Origin: Candidatus Hermodarchaeota archaeon | Lineage (GTDB): Archaea; Asgardarchaeota; Heimdallarchaeia; Hodarchaeales; Hodarchaeaceae | Reading direction: 5' to 3' | Assembly (NCBI GenBank): GCA_048886185.1 | Contig: JBHLKY010000002.1 | Location: 262,359-294,358 of the forward strand | Length of the DNA: 32,000 nucleotides | Shown here: positions 17,679 through 28,311 of the stretch, in pieces | Layout: the number at the start of each line of letters is the position of its first letter | Numbering within the stretch: position 1 is the stretch's first letter | Position numbers and translations under genes: made by a program | Notes under the pieces: model-generated | Databases searched by the model: none | What the model saw: the letters and a program-made list of their open reading frames with translations, nothing else | What the model was told of the DNA's origin: nothing

Positions 17679-19496
17679 TTATATTCCCCATTCCCTTTTC
17701 GTCTTTTTTGCTTCATTGATGTATGTAGCTACTTGTGCCTGTTCCAAACGTGATCCAAAAGGAGCATTACTTTGAATAAGGTACTCCCATTTCTCATATT
17801 GATTTTTTAATTGCTCCTTCTCCTTTAAAACTTTGTTAGTAAGCTGATGAATCTTTTTTTCCTTTGCAATCAGTTCGACATGATCTAAAAGCTGCTCTGA
17901 TGCATTTAAATCACCTTCCACCATTGAAAGCTTAGCCTGCAGGATCAATGTATCAATAATTAAAGAATAGGATTTTTGTTTGTTAGCAATCTCATCTAAA
18001 TTCTGAATCAACTCTTTGACTTTATAAAAAACTTCCTCCTCTTCATATACTCTTAGTTCATCAAGTAATAGCTCTGAAAGCTCAAACATTACTCGTACTG
18101 AGAGTGAGTGCTCAATAATTTCCTCCGATAATAGTTCTTCAAGAATTTCGGAAGATTTTACCTTCATCTTTGCCCTTTTACTATTTTTTAATACCAAAGC
18201 TTTAGCTAAGCGATACCTTTGCCTGATTAGTATGTGTTCTTCTTTCACATTGATCTCTTGGAGTTGCTCTAAATATGATTGAGCTTCTTGAGGAAATCCT
18301 GAATCCAATGAAAGATCTACTAGATTGAATAAAGGAAAAGTTGTATCAAGATTGACCCCAATCTCCTGAAATAAAGATAAACTCTTTTTAATCTGATCCA
18401 AAGCCTCCTCATATTTCCCCATTGACCTATAAATTTCCCCAATATTATTATAACATATCGCTATGTCATGATTATTCCCTACTTCCTGCAATAAGTCTAA
18501 AGAATCTTGATAGTAACGAAGAGCCTGCTCAAGCTCCCCTCTCGCATGAAAAATTAATCCTATGTTGTTCAAACACAATGAAAGAGGAAGTTTCTGACCT
18601 AACTCTTTACTAATAACTAAACTTTTCTGAAGACTGCTTAAAGCTAAATTTAACTCTCCTTGATTCACATAAATTAGGCCAATGTTTAAATGTAACACCG
18701 TGATTTGACTAAGGTTTTCCAGTTCTTCAGCTAATAATAAACTCTTTTGAAAAAAGATTAAAGCATTCTGTAAATTACCTAATTTCCAATAATTCATCCC
18801 AAGATTATTTAATATCTTTACAGTTACCTTCTTATTATCAAATTTATCTAAAAATTTCAATGATTCTTGAAAATACTCGTTTGCGCTTTGATACTCGCCT
18901 TTTGAAATATGAATAATCCCTACCAAATTAAGACATTCCGCTATTTCATAATGATTTTTGTTTTCCCTCCTTTGAGTCAATGCTTTTTGTGCAAATTCAA
19001 GTGCCATGTCATATTCAGCTGTTCTTATGAAAACTCGAGCTTTCAAGTAGTTCAAGTCAGATTTTTTTTGTCTTACATTCTTATCTAATCTATCCTCAAA
19101 TACATAGAGAAGAACTTCTGCGTTTCTTATTAAGTTTAAACACGTTTTTAATTCACCAAGCTCTAATAATGCCCTTATTTTTAAGAGTAATCCACTAAAT
19201 TCCGATGATTGATCTTCAGAGTGCTTAGCGATGTTGATAATCTTTTCAGTGAGATCTAATCCTGATTTAAATTCACCTAGTTCATATAAGATTAGAATTT
19301 CAAGAACTTGGGTCTCAATCGGGGCTACTTGTGTTATTTCACCAATTATCTTTAGCTGTTCAAATTTATCTAAGAGATCTTGAGTTTTTCCCTGATACAT
19401 TAGATTTTTGAGTAGATTAAGATGATCAAAAGATGAAATCATCTGGTTATCTTGCAATTTCTCTTTGATAGAGAAAAATACTTCTGAAATGGACAA
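17679..19496 (-). CDS. Tetratricopeptide repeat protein (TPR_12/MalT-like) with a conserved helical C-domain
   Basis: About 7 repeats of the type A..LNNIG.I....GE...AL.YYQ.SL; TTG start with GAGGG upstream. Confidence 0.9.
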   Translation of the reverse strand: MSISEVFFSIKEKLQDNQMISSFDHLNLLKNLMYQGKTQDLLDKFEQLKIIGEITQVAPIETQVLEILILYELGEFKSGLDLTEKIINIAKHSEDQSSEFSGLLLKIRALLELGELKTCLNLIRNAEVLLYVFEDRLDKNVRQKKSDLNYLKARVFIRTAEYDMALEFAQKALTQRRENKNHYEIAECLNLVGIIHISKGEYQSANEYFQESLKFLDKFDNKKVTVKILNNLGMNYWKLGNLQNALIFFQKSLLLAEELENLSQITVLHLNIGLIYVNQGELNLALSSLQKSLVISKELGQKLPLSLCLNNIGLIFHARGELEQALRYYQDSLDLLQEVGNNHDIAICYNNIGEIYRSMGKYEEALDQIKKSLSLFQEIGVNLDTTFPLFNLVDLSLDSGFPQEAQSYLEQLQEINVKEEHILIRQRYRLAKALVLKNSKRAKMKVKSSEILEELLSEEIIEHSLSVRVMFELSELLLDELRVYEEEEVFYKVKELIQNLDEIANKQKSYSLIIDTLILQAKLSMVEGDLNASEQLLDHVELIAKEKKIHQLTNKVLKEKEQLKNQYEKWEYLIQSNAPFGSRLEQAQVATYINEAKKTKREWGI

Positions 19497-19773
19497 GAAA
19501 TAACCCTCTTATCGAATTTTCCTTTTAGTACAAGAATTGATTGGTAAGTAGTGTTTTTCTTCATTTCCTTTTTAGGTTTTAGTAACCTATTTTCTATAAC
19601 TATTATTTCAGTTTTCAAGCATAAAAATGATAACCTATGGAACCATATATCATCGAGGAAATTAGCTTCTAATCCGTTGTATAAGCCCAAGCTGCATTTC
19701 TGTTTCGTGAGATGATCCTTGCTTGGTACTATTGTCATGTTGTTTCAGTAGTGGTCCAACGCTGTTGTAAGAC

Positions 19774-21330
19774 TCATTCGACTACATCTCGGTAACATTC
19801 CCGTGGGTAAAAATTTGATTCATTCTTATCGTGATTTGGATACCAAACTTGAGCGAAAAATGAATTTTGCCTAGCTTCTATATCATAATTCCAGGGGGGA
19901 GGCAGGCATTTAGGACACCAATGTCCAGCTTTCAATACTGTAAATGGTTTAGCATTAAACTCGTGTTTAAAAGCACATTGCCACTTTAGAGTCATATACA
20001 TATCACCATTCCATTTTGTAGAAAGACAAACTCCTCCTCTAAATTTGGCTGCTGTTTTAAGGTCGTTTAGCTCTAAAATTTCTTTTGATTCATCATAACC
20101 GTGATGAAGTCGGTGACATTTGATATTCTCAGAGACCATCTCTGGCATATCTATTCGCCAATCAGGTATTGCTTCGTAGGTTTCATAGTTTTTGAAAAAT
20201 GCTGATATCCTCAAATCATTACGATTTTTATACCAATAAACTGTGCCATTCTTTGATTCAGTTGCTAATTTTTCAAGTCGTTTGTAGGTTGCCTTTTCCA
20301 CAGCATTTTGGATAAAAGAAATATGTTTACAAAGGCCACCAATTATTTTCAAATATAAAGGTCTATTCTGAGTAAGTGATTTATAGTAATCTTCCATACT
20401 GTCTCCCCAATTATGAATATAATTATCTAAAATCTCACTATCCTCAAAATATTGCATATGAAAATTCCGTAATGCAAACCAATTTCTTTTTGCCACTTTT
20501 TCTAGTTGTAAACCACTAATAGCAAAAATTCGCTTCATTAAATTGTAATAAGTAGTACGACAGGTAGGCCCTCCACCCATGTTGTAAACTCTTCGCCAAA
20601 AGTCAGAATCATCAGAAATGTTCAAACAATTGATCAATCCTCGACCCGCATCCTCTTTTGTATTGTTTTCCATGAAGGAGTCTATAGGTTGATGAAACAT
20701 GATTGGATCTTCTTGATTATCATGTGTCATGATATATGTCTGCCTTAAAGATACCCAGTGTTTGATATTAGACTCTAATACAGCTCTTTCCCCTGCAATT
20801 TTTGTTACAGCATAGAAATCGAAAATTGAAGGCTTCAAAGGATCACCCACTCTCCCTATATGAATAGTTTGAAGTCTATCACCAGTCTCAGCCACAGTCC
20901 CAACATAAACAAGTTTAATACGATCATTACCGTTAGGTTGGGATTCAATTGCCCTAATAATGTGTTTAATTGCTGTTGTATTGACTGCTTCTGCGAGTTC
21001 AGGATTTAAATCAGCATCAGGTGAGATAAAAGCCATTGGACATAGACACCAATCTATTCCTTTACAAGCTTCAAAAATGTCTTCATAATTCGTGGCGTCT
21101 CCCCAAACAATCTTCAATGGAGGATTTTCAACAACTCCTCTTCCTGGGATCGATATTATACCACATTTTCTTTCGTATTTTCTAAAAAGTTGCTTATTTT
21201 TCTTTGAGGGTCGTTGTAAAAGAACAATCTCATAAGTATCCCGCTTTTCCCATAAATTCTTAAACGCTTCAAATCCCATTGATCCAGAAGCTCCAGCTAA
21301 GAAGACCTTTTCTTTTTTCAGTCTATACAC
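19774..21330 (-). CDS. Extended SDR / NAD-dependent epimerase-dehydratase with a C-terminal Zn-ribbon
   Basis: AGASGSMG loop, YxxxK (YAVTK), C-terminal CLS...WQCAFKH...WCPKC. Confidence 0.85.
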   Translation of the reverse strand: MYRLKKEKVFLAGASGSMGFEAFKNLWEKRDTYEIVLLQRPSKKNKQLFRKYERKCGIISIPGRGVVENPPLKIVWGDATNYEDIFEACKGIDWCLCPMAFISPDADLNPELAEAVNTTAIKHIIRAIESQPNGNDRIKLVYVGTVAETGDRLQTIHIGRVGDPLKPSIFDFYAVTKIAGERAVLESNIKHWVSLRQTYIMTHDNQEDPIMFHQPIDSFMENNTKEDAGRGLINCLNISDDSDFWRRVYNMGGGPTCRTTYYNLMKRIFAISGLQLEKVAKRNWFALRNFHMQYFEDSEILDNYIHNWGDSMEDYYKSLTQNRPLYLKIIGGLCKHISFIQNAVEKATYKRLEKLATESKNGTVYWYKNRNDLRISAFFKNYETYEAIPDWRIDMPEMVSENIKCHRLHHGYDESKEILELNDLKTAAKFRGGVCLSTKWNGDMYMTLKWQCAFKHEFNAKPFTVLKAGHWCPKCLPPPWNYDIEARQNSFFAQVWYPNHDKNESNFYPRECYRDVVE

Positions 21331-21609
21331 CTTAAAATAAGCAAATCAATTACTCAATTTAATCAAGCACAAATAAACTTATCAAATTCTTTTATTACAC
21401 TTGTGTGAATTTCCTCTTATTTAACCAATGTGTGATGTAGGTTAAAGTTCATTAGTTTTACAATATTATAAGTTAAAAACAACCATTATCAATAGAAGAA
21501 AATATCTACAAAGCCCATTTGCAGGAAATGCGGTTTGCTAAATAAAATTTTGAATCATAAAGTGTAATAGATGAGGTATTAGAGGAAACTAAAGCGTTTA
21601 ATGCCACAA

Positions 21610-22605
21610 TTACTTGAATAAAGCCAATGCATTCTTATGATATATTTTTTCTAGAGTCATTTTAGACAAATTTAATCCATTTATTATTGGATTTTCTGGA
21701 TTATCTTTGTCTTTAAACGGTAATGGAGCCCGATGAGATGTTTCCCAAAATAAACGTTGAGACCAGTATCGGCTCCCCCAAAAATATTCACGATGGTATT
21801 TACCAAGAAAGAATCTTATATTAAATTCTAAATTTCCAAGATCTGTCCCAAACAATATTCGATCTTGATATTTTTCAAACCATTCTTTAGATCTTTTAAC
21901 ATCTTTCCCAAGTTCACGTATCATCCACCGAGTAGATGCAGTATCTACAAATAATTGAGGATGGTCATCAAGTAATTCACTTAATCTATTTAGATTTTCA
22001 GGTAAACATCCTAGATGGACTGAAATCATGGTAATTTTGGGAAAATTTTCAAGAAGATTTGAGAAATCATTAATTCGATCTTCTTTCAACCCATACTTCT
22101 GTATATTTCTGTATTTATTCTTATACGAAATGTCTGGATCTGCGACATGCACTAAAACAGTCATTCCATAATCTTCTATCTGAGAATAAACAGAATCCAA
22201 TCTATGATCGTTAATTCTAAATGGTTTTTTATTCCTAGTAAAAAATTGAAACATTGGACCAAAAAAAATCTTCAAAAATTGAATCTCATTCGTGTGAGCC
22301 TTATCAATCTGGTCTTGGAGTTTATGAACCTTAAATTTTAAAAAATCATATGAACTCAGATAATCACAAAAAATAATATTATAAACTCCCTCTTTAGATT
22401 CTAATTTTCTTTTTAAGTCTCGATTTCCTATTCCTAATATTTTTTCAACACCAAATCTTTTAATATATTCTAAGTAGTCATTTAAATATCTATAACCCCA
22501 GATATGGACATGAGAATCAAAAATCTTGTAGTTGTAGTCGTTTTCAAGATTGATTAACGGATTTGAAACTGAGAATATCGTCTCAACCATCCTATTGATT
22601 TTCAA
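21610..22605 (-). CDS. Amidohydrolase family protein (Amidohydro_2-like TIM barrel)
   Basis: DSHVH, VHVAD, VHLG, VDTAS, LFGTD, KIYHKNA. Confidence 0.88.
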   Translation of the reverse strand: MKINRMVETIFSVSNPLINLENDYNYKIFDSHVHIWGYRYLNDYLEYIKRFGVEKILGIGNRDLKRKLESKEGVYNIIFCDYLSSYDFLKFKVHKLQDQIDKAHTNEIQFLKIFFGPMFQFFTRNKKPFRINDHRLDSVYSQIEDYGMTVLVHVADPDISYKNKYRNIQKYGLKEDRINDFSNLLENFPKITMISVHLGCLPENLNRLSELLDDHPQLFVDTASTRWMIRELGKDVKRSKEWFEKYQDRILFGTDLGNLEFNIRFFLGKYHREYFWGSRYWSQRLFWETSHRAPLPFKDKDNPENPIINGLNLSKMTLEKIYHKNALALFK

Positions 22606-22884
22606 ATTATTGAAATTAGATTGATTAGTGTCTTAGTCATGCTCCGAAAGCAATAATAAATATTTTACTGAGTAATACCTTTTCGTGATTACTGGTAGTA
22701 CGCTTTTGAAGGTTACAGATAGGCTCCAAATTATAATTACATGAATAAAATGGAGTCACATTATTTAATCTCTAATTCTATTCTGTTGCAAACCTTTTTG
22801 AATGAACAATGGCGTTTGGATAAAAGCAATTTCAGACCAAAAGATTGTTTGTTTATCAATTTAAAAAAAAAAGGAGAATAAAAA

Positions 22885-23565
22885 TTGAATTCTGAGAAAT
22901 TACCCGCAAGAATTGTAGGAGTCTTATTCATAACTGCGACGGTTGCAGCCATAGTAAGTGGTGTTTTTATATTACCAATTATAGGAGCTTCAGATTATCT
23001 GGCTGAAGTTTCTGCGAATGAAACCCAAGTAGTGCTTGGAGCGATATTTTATTTTATTATGGCAGCTGCAGGGGCGGGTATTGTAATTCCGATGTATCCA
23101 ATCTTAAAAAAGTATAATGAGGGCATGGCTTTTGGGGCCGTTGGTTTCAGGATTATTGAAGGCGCTATCTTTATGGTTGGTGTAATGTGTTTATTAGCAC
23201 TAGTGCCATTAAGTCAAGAATATGTGGAATCAGGAGCTTCAACTGATTCCTATTTTCAAATTATAGGTGAATTATTATTAACAGGATATACTGTCGATCA
23301 GGCTGTTGTACCAGGGGTATTTGCTTTTAGCATTGGTGCTCTGATGTATTATTCCATATTTTATCAAACAAAACTTGTTCCTCGATGGTTATCAGTTTGG
23401 GGTCTTCTTGGGATCATATTGGGGATTTTGAATGGCTTGTTCGATATGTTCGGTGGTATTGATGAGATGATCTCGATGTTGCTAGATCTACCAATTTTTG
23501 TGAATGAAATGGTTCTAGCGATATGGTTGATAGTTAAAGGATTCAACACATCTACAATTGAATAG
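22885..23565 (+). CDS. DUF4386-family membrane protein
   Basis: ARIVGVLFI, MYPILKKYNE..A.G.V.FR..E, KLVPRWLSVWG, EMVLAIWLIVKGF. Confidence 0.85.
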   Translation: MNSEKLPARIVGVLFITATVAAIVSGVFILPIIGASDYLAEVSANETQVVLGAIFYFIMAAAGAGIVIPMYPILKKYNEGMAFGAVGFRIIEGAIFMVGVMCLLALVPLSQEYVESGASTDSYFQIIGELLLTGYTVDQAVVPGVFAFSIGALMYYSIFYQTKLVPRWLSVWGLLGIILGILNGLFDMFGGIDEMISMLLDLPIFVNEMVLAIWLIVKGFNTSTIE

Positions 23566-23579
23566 AAAAAAATTCTCAA

Positions 23580-24019
23580 ATGAAAGCAATTGTACAGACA
23601 AAATACGAACCACCAGAGGTTCTTCAGCTCAAAGAGGTAGAAAATCCACTCCCAAAGATAATGAAGTACTGGTAAAGATTTTTGCAGCATCCGTAAATGC
23701 AATCGACCCGCTTATCGTGAGAAGAAAACCTTTCTTTCTCCGTCTAACAGCAGGGGGGATTCTAAAACCAAAACACAACCATACAATACTAGGAGATGAC
23801 ATATCGGGGCAGGTTGAAATAGTTGGTAGAGACGTGGAGCAGTTTCAGCCTGGTGATGAGGTATTCGGAAATAGCAATTGGGGTGACTTTGCTGAGTATA
23901 GGTGTGTTCCAGAAGAACGATTAGTACTAAAACCAGCTAATATATCGTTTGAGGAAGCAGCAGCCGTACCTATAGCAACAATTACCGCTCTACAGGGTCT
24001 CCATGATAAAAAACAGATT
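23580..24019 (+). pseudogene. MDR oxidoreductase copy 3: frameshifted near 23646 and truncated before the Rossmann domain
   Basis: ATG 23580 gives MKAIVQTKYEPPEVLQLKEVENP; a 1-nt loss (CCACTCCC vs CCAACTCCT in copy 1) shifts the frame to TPKDNEVLV...ITALQGLHDKKQI, where homology stops. Confidence 0.85.
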
Positions 24020-26305
24020 CTAACCAGACAATTGATCACTTTCCTTTTCTCTCAACCTTCTAATGGAAAGCTCTAACGCTCCTTTTAAGATTCGAAGAAA
24101 TGAAATCCCCTTAGGTGTAATTATATAATTTCTAAAGCGACCATCCTTAAGGACTTGAGGAGAAACAAATCGTTCCAAATATTCTAATTCCATTAAACGG
24201 TTTATTTCATAAGAAACAGTCGTGGGAGGAATATCTAAGGTCTTAGCTAATCTCATTGGATTCGTTTCTTCAGGATGCTGATAAGCAATCTCGATTAATG
24301 TTAAGACTGTTCTTCCTTTTAATCCTGATATTAATTCATCTCTAAAGTCAGAGGGAAAATACTCAACAAGAGTTGTCGGTTCTACAGGTTCTAGCAAAGG
24401 AATATCTTGGTGTTCTGAAATGATCGCTGATTGGATGTTTTCTAGACCAATAATTACTTTACCATAAACAGATTTTAAAAAATCAATCTGATCTGAAGGA
24501 AAAAAATCAATGATCGTTTTTGGAACTCTTGTTTTGGATGTATACAAGAAGTAACTAACCCCAACCATCAAAATTAGACTAGCAACTACAATGAACAATT
24601 GAATAACAAATTGATTGCCTCCTGAAGACATATTGGCAATTGTGAATGTTTTCGAGATCTCTGCAACAATAAGTCCCTCATCGCACTTTGCTTCTATCTT
24701 GAGTAAATAGGTGGAACCATCGGCCACTTTAGTTGTATCCCATTTGAAGTGTGTAGCTGTTAAGTTCGAGGCGAGGACTATCCATTCCTCTCCCTGATCT
24801 GGTGAATAATAGACAACGTAAGTGATGCCATGCTGCAAGGAATCTAATGATGCAGTCCATGTAAGGATGACTATACCAGTGAGAGGGGTTTGGGGGAGCA
24901 AAAGGTTTGGATTGTACATCAAATGACCATGATCCAGTTCTAAAGTGACAAGGGGATGTGAATCTTTGTTTTCTATTACTCCTTTCACAGGGTAGGGTTC
25001 ATCTACGATCCCGTCTTTATTGTTATCAGGTGACACCCAGTCATCCCAGTAATTAAAGGCAAATGTATTGTTTGATCCTCCATCCTTGGCTTGATGTTCA
25101 GGAGCATAATTGTCTGTAAAATTATTAAATGTAAAAATGTTGTAATGTGTGTTCCCTTCAATTCTTATTGCTTCCATGTTATTATCACAAAATACATTCT
25201 CAGTAAATGTATTGAAATCTGAATCAAAGAGAACAGCACCTACTATTCCGTTTTTGAGTATCCTATTTGTTGAAAATGTGTTATTATGGGAAGAAAGCTC
25301 TAAATCAATTCCTAGATTGAAATTCGCTTGTGCTGTATTATTCCAGATTATGTTTCCTGTTGAATAGTAGAGACTAATCCCTCCCATGTTATTCAACACA
25401 TAATTGGACGAAATATTGTTCTGCGAGGAATTATACAAAGAGATCCCTATTATTGTGTCCTGAACTTCATTTTGGGAGATTACATTCCCTGATGCGTGTA
25501 TGAGGTCTATCCCATTCACATCACTCCCATAAATCGTGTTCTTAGAAATGATGTTGGAATTCGATTGCTCAAGCTGTATTCCCGCACCAGTATTATTGTA
25601 GATGGTATTTCCGACTAGAGTGTTATTGGAGGTCTCGATATTCAGCCAGATCGCCATCTCCTGATTTCTGTAAATACTATTATTGACAATACAAATATTG
25701 TTTCCACCAACGTTTATGCCCATCTGGTTACCAAAAATAAAGTTGTTGATAATTAAATTGTGAGAGGATGAGTGTTCAAAAACGATTCCTCCATCTATAG
25801 CATCATTATTGCATATGATGTTATTCTCAATTGTGCCATGTTGAACATTAGAGAAATGAATGCCTTCCGTCGCGGCGTTTGAACCATTAAGCAGATTATT
25901 TCGAATGATGAAGTAGAGAATAGTGTCACTGATAAATATGAGTGGTCCTTCTGTTGCTGTAATGGAGTACTCTTCAATTACAATCGGATTAGCCATTGTC
26001 CCTTCTCCTACCCAATTCTTTATAGTCGCTTGAGTAATAAAATCCTCGTCACCATAGATAAAAATAGGTTCATAAGGAGTATAGAGATGAATATTACGGG
26101 CTATTTGAGGAGTTGTCAGAGAGAATGCTTGCGTTCTTGAAAAAGGGTCGTTATTGGGATTTTGTAAGTTTTGATTTTCAGTCCAAGCAATGCCTCCTAG
26201 CAATAGAATATTAAGAAGAAGCACGTATATGGAATGTTTCAATTTAAAACGACACAATGTATCCCATATAACTGCTTTTGACATTATAATCACGAGTTTT
26301 GTCAA
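24020..26305 (-). CDS. Membrane-anchored NosD/right-handed beta-helix protein with FN3-like domain, TM helix and cytoplasmic winged-HTH
   Basis: N-terminal hydrophobic signal, many GI.L..S.NN.I..N repeats, NYWDDW..PD.N.DGI.DEPY, LTWTAS...YYS.D.G..W, TM segment, LAKTLDIPPTTVSYEINRL...YIITPKG. Confidence 0.9.
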   Translation of the reverse strand: MTKLVIIMSKAVIWDTLCRFKLKHSIYVLLLNILLLGGIAWTENQNLQNPNNDPFSRTQAFSLTTPQIARNIHLYTPYEPIFIYGDEDFITQATIKNWVGEGTMANPIVIEEYSITATEGPLIFISDTILYFIIRNNLLNGSNAATEGIHFSNVQHGTIENNIICNNDAIDGGIVFEHSSSHNLIINNFIFGNQMGINVGGNNICIVNNSIYRNQEMAIWLNIETSNNTLVGNTIYNNTGAGIQLEQSNSNIISKNTIYGSDVNGIDLIHASGNVISQNEVQDTIIGISLYNSSQNNISSNYVLNNMGGISLYYSTGNIIWNNTAQANFNLGIDLELSSHNNTFSTNRILKNGIVGAVLFDSDFNTFTENVFCDNNMEAIRIEGNTHYNIFTFNNFTDNYAPEHQAKDGGSNNTFAFNYWDDWVSPDNNKDGIVDEPYPVKGVIENKDSHPLVTLELDHGHLMYNPNLLLPQTPLTGIVILTWTASLDSLQHGITYVVYYSPDQGEEWIVLASNLTATHFKWDTTKVADGSTYLLKIEAKCDEGLIVAEISKTFTIANMSSGGNQFVIQLFIVVASLILMVGVSYFLYTSKTRVPKTIIDFFPSDQIDFLKSVYGKVIIGLENIQSAIISEHQDIPLLEPVEPTTLVEYFPSDFRDELISGLKGRTVLTLIEIAYQHPEETNPMRLAKTLDIPPTTVSYEINRLMELEYLERFVSPQVLKDGRFRNYIITPKGISFLRILKGALELSIRRLREKESDQLSG

Positions 26306-27123
26306 ATTAGAAATAAAACCATAAGTTAAAAATTTAAAATAAAAATAATTCCATTATCAAGTTTACGACTTTCTTCTAGAAAGAATGGATGAATTCTCTC
26401 CAGAATGGATTGACAATCCCAATACAGACGAATATATATTGCCAGACCATAAAAGTTCTATCAAAAAGAGTAAAGATTTCTAGCCAAGAGCTCTTCCGAT
26501 AGATTCGAGGATATTTAATACATTTATCACAGATATGCAATAACCAACTATATACAATATCTCTTTGACTTCAGGTCTGGACAAGACACAGAGAGCCATG
26601 ATAGCAAAAACTATATCAAACGGAATTTTGTACAAAATCAGATTCCACTGGTTAGGAATTTTTAAAATTGCCTACCAATCCATTAGAGTTCCACTCTATT
26701 TTTTTCTATTTGGAAAATTCCATTTGGGAAAAGGTGTTGTAAGTGCAGTGATAGATCCTGCAGGTATTTGGAATCGTTTTTTACATGTGAATGAAAATCT
26801 GTAACTGAGAGCGGTTGTATTCATGTTTAATATCAACACATTCCTGATTAGAGTGATGTTGTTCCTTAAAACAATTAGATTATTAACCTACTGAAAGAAT
26901 CTATCACTTTTGGAGGACGGAACTTGCATCTTTGAAAACATCCGCATATTAAAAATTATCTGTAAAGTGGGAAGATTGTTATAAGAAGAGAAGAATAAAT
27001 CAGGTATAAACATCGACTTATTCCTAAAAATTGATATAGGAACAATCTTATCTCTATTTATTACTTACTGAAAGAATTGTATCAACATTTAGTATTCAGC
27101 TATTCTAGTTCGGAGATGGATTT

Positions 27124-28143
27124 ATGTCAAAGAGAGACAGAGAAATTCAAAATATCGCAGAAAGAATACTAGAAGATAGTCCTGATCCTACCATTCAAGT
27201 TAGATTATTACGCGATATATTAGGAAAGAATAGAGACGATGCTGAACTAATTGAAGCAGTATCAAGATTAGATGACAATAAATGGGTACAAATGCTTAGA
27301 AATGATCAATGGGAAGATGGGAGCTGGGGAAGGTTTCACACTGAAGACACTAGCCTTAAGCAAAAAGTCCCTACCACTGAAGTGGGCGTTACTAGAGCCA
27401 TTAACCTTGGTCTTGATGACACTCATCCTATAATCCAAAAAGTAACTAAATATATTATAGGAATACTAACCAATTCAATCAAGCCACGAGACGTTGAACC
27501 AAAAGGTATAGGTCGAAATGTTTGGGATAATCTTATCAAAAAGATTGTTGCAGCTTCATTGGCAGAAATAGATCCTATTCATCCAATCCTATATGATTAT
27601 TTTGATCTATGGGTAAGAATCCTACAAAGATCCTTTCCCTATAACTCATACGACAAACAAACGCAGATTTCTGCGTTTCTAGAACTGCTTGAGATAAACT
27701 TTGACAAACTTTCACCCCGATTTAGAAAAAGAATAAAGGAAGGGAAAGAATTCACAATAAATGACGTTTACACTGTAAATCTAATCGGTTCTCAAGTACA
27801 TAAGTTGAAACCTGAGTTAGAAAAAGCATTTTTCAGGAGAGTATGGAATCACGGAATTGGTTACCTAAATGTGGATCTGAGAACTTCTCCGAGTAGTTTA
27901 ATAGGAACTACTACTTTCACAAGGTGGTTGAGATCCCTTGAAGTTTTAAAACCGTATCCTAGCTGGAAATCTCATGTTGAAGAAATTATTGAGTGGTTAT
28001 GGGCCAATCAAACTAAGAATGGGCTGTGGGATTTTGGAAACGTACCATTAACCAATAGATCAATAAGACTGTCCTCTAGTTGGAGGAAACCAAATGTTCG
28101 CATCCACGATTGGACAACTCGTATTCTATTGATATTAAAATGA
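27124..28143 (+). CDS. Hypothetical alpha/alpha-toroid protein with prenyltransferase/squalene-cyclase-like QW repeats
   Basis: LRNDQWEDGSW and WLWANQTKNGLW; no DxDD motif. Confidence 0.7.
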   Translation: MSKRDREIQNIAERILEDSPDPTIQVRLLRDILGKNRDDAELIEAVSRLDDNKWVQMLRNDQWEDGSWGRFHTEDTSLKQKVPTTEVGVTRAINLGLDDTHPIIQKVTKYIIGILTNSIKPRDVEPKGIGRNVWDNLIKKIVAASLAEIDPIHPILYDYFDLWVRILQRSFPYNSYDKQTQISAFLELLEINFDKLSPRFRKRIKEGKEFTINDVYTVNLIGSQVHKLKPELEKAFFRRVWNHGIGYLNVDLRTSPSSLIGTTTFTRWLRSLEVLKPYPSWKSHVEEIIEWLWANQTKNGLWDFGNVPLTNRSIRLSSSWRKPNVRIHDWTTRILLILK

Positions 28144-28311
28144 TCTAAAATTGGTCATTCATCTAATCTAACTTCCTGGGATGCAAGGTTAATTTAATTT
28201 CAGAGGCAGATTACTTACATTATGTTCAACTACTAAATGGAACACTTCAATTGCCTGAATTATTAACTCCTCAGAATGAGATTTTCTATAAAATAAATGA
28301 TTATTTTGGAA

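Noticed and set aside
19439-19738. 99-aa minus-strand ORF overlapping the TPR start
   Set aside because: No recognisable motif, it overlaps the TPR gene in another frame, and it covers the likely promoter region.
26565-26804. 79-aa TTG-start ORF
   Set aside because: No SD or family motif, and neighbouring frames are fragmented; it cannot be supported as a gene.
27124-28143. Squalene-hopene or oxidosqualene cyclase
   Set aside because: About half the expected length and lacks the DxDD/DCTAE motif.
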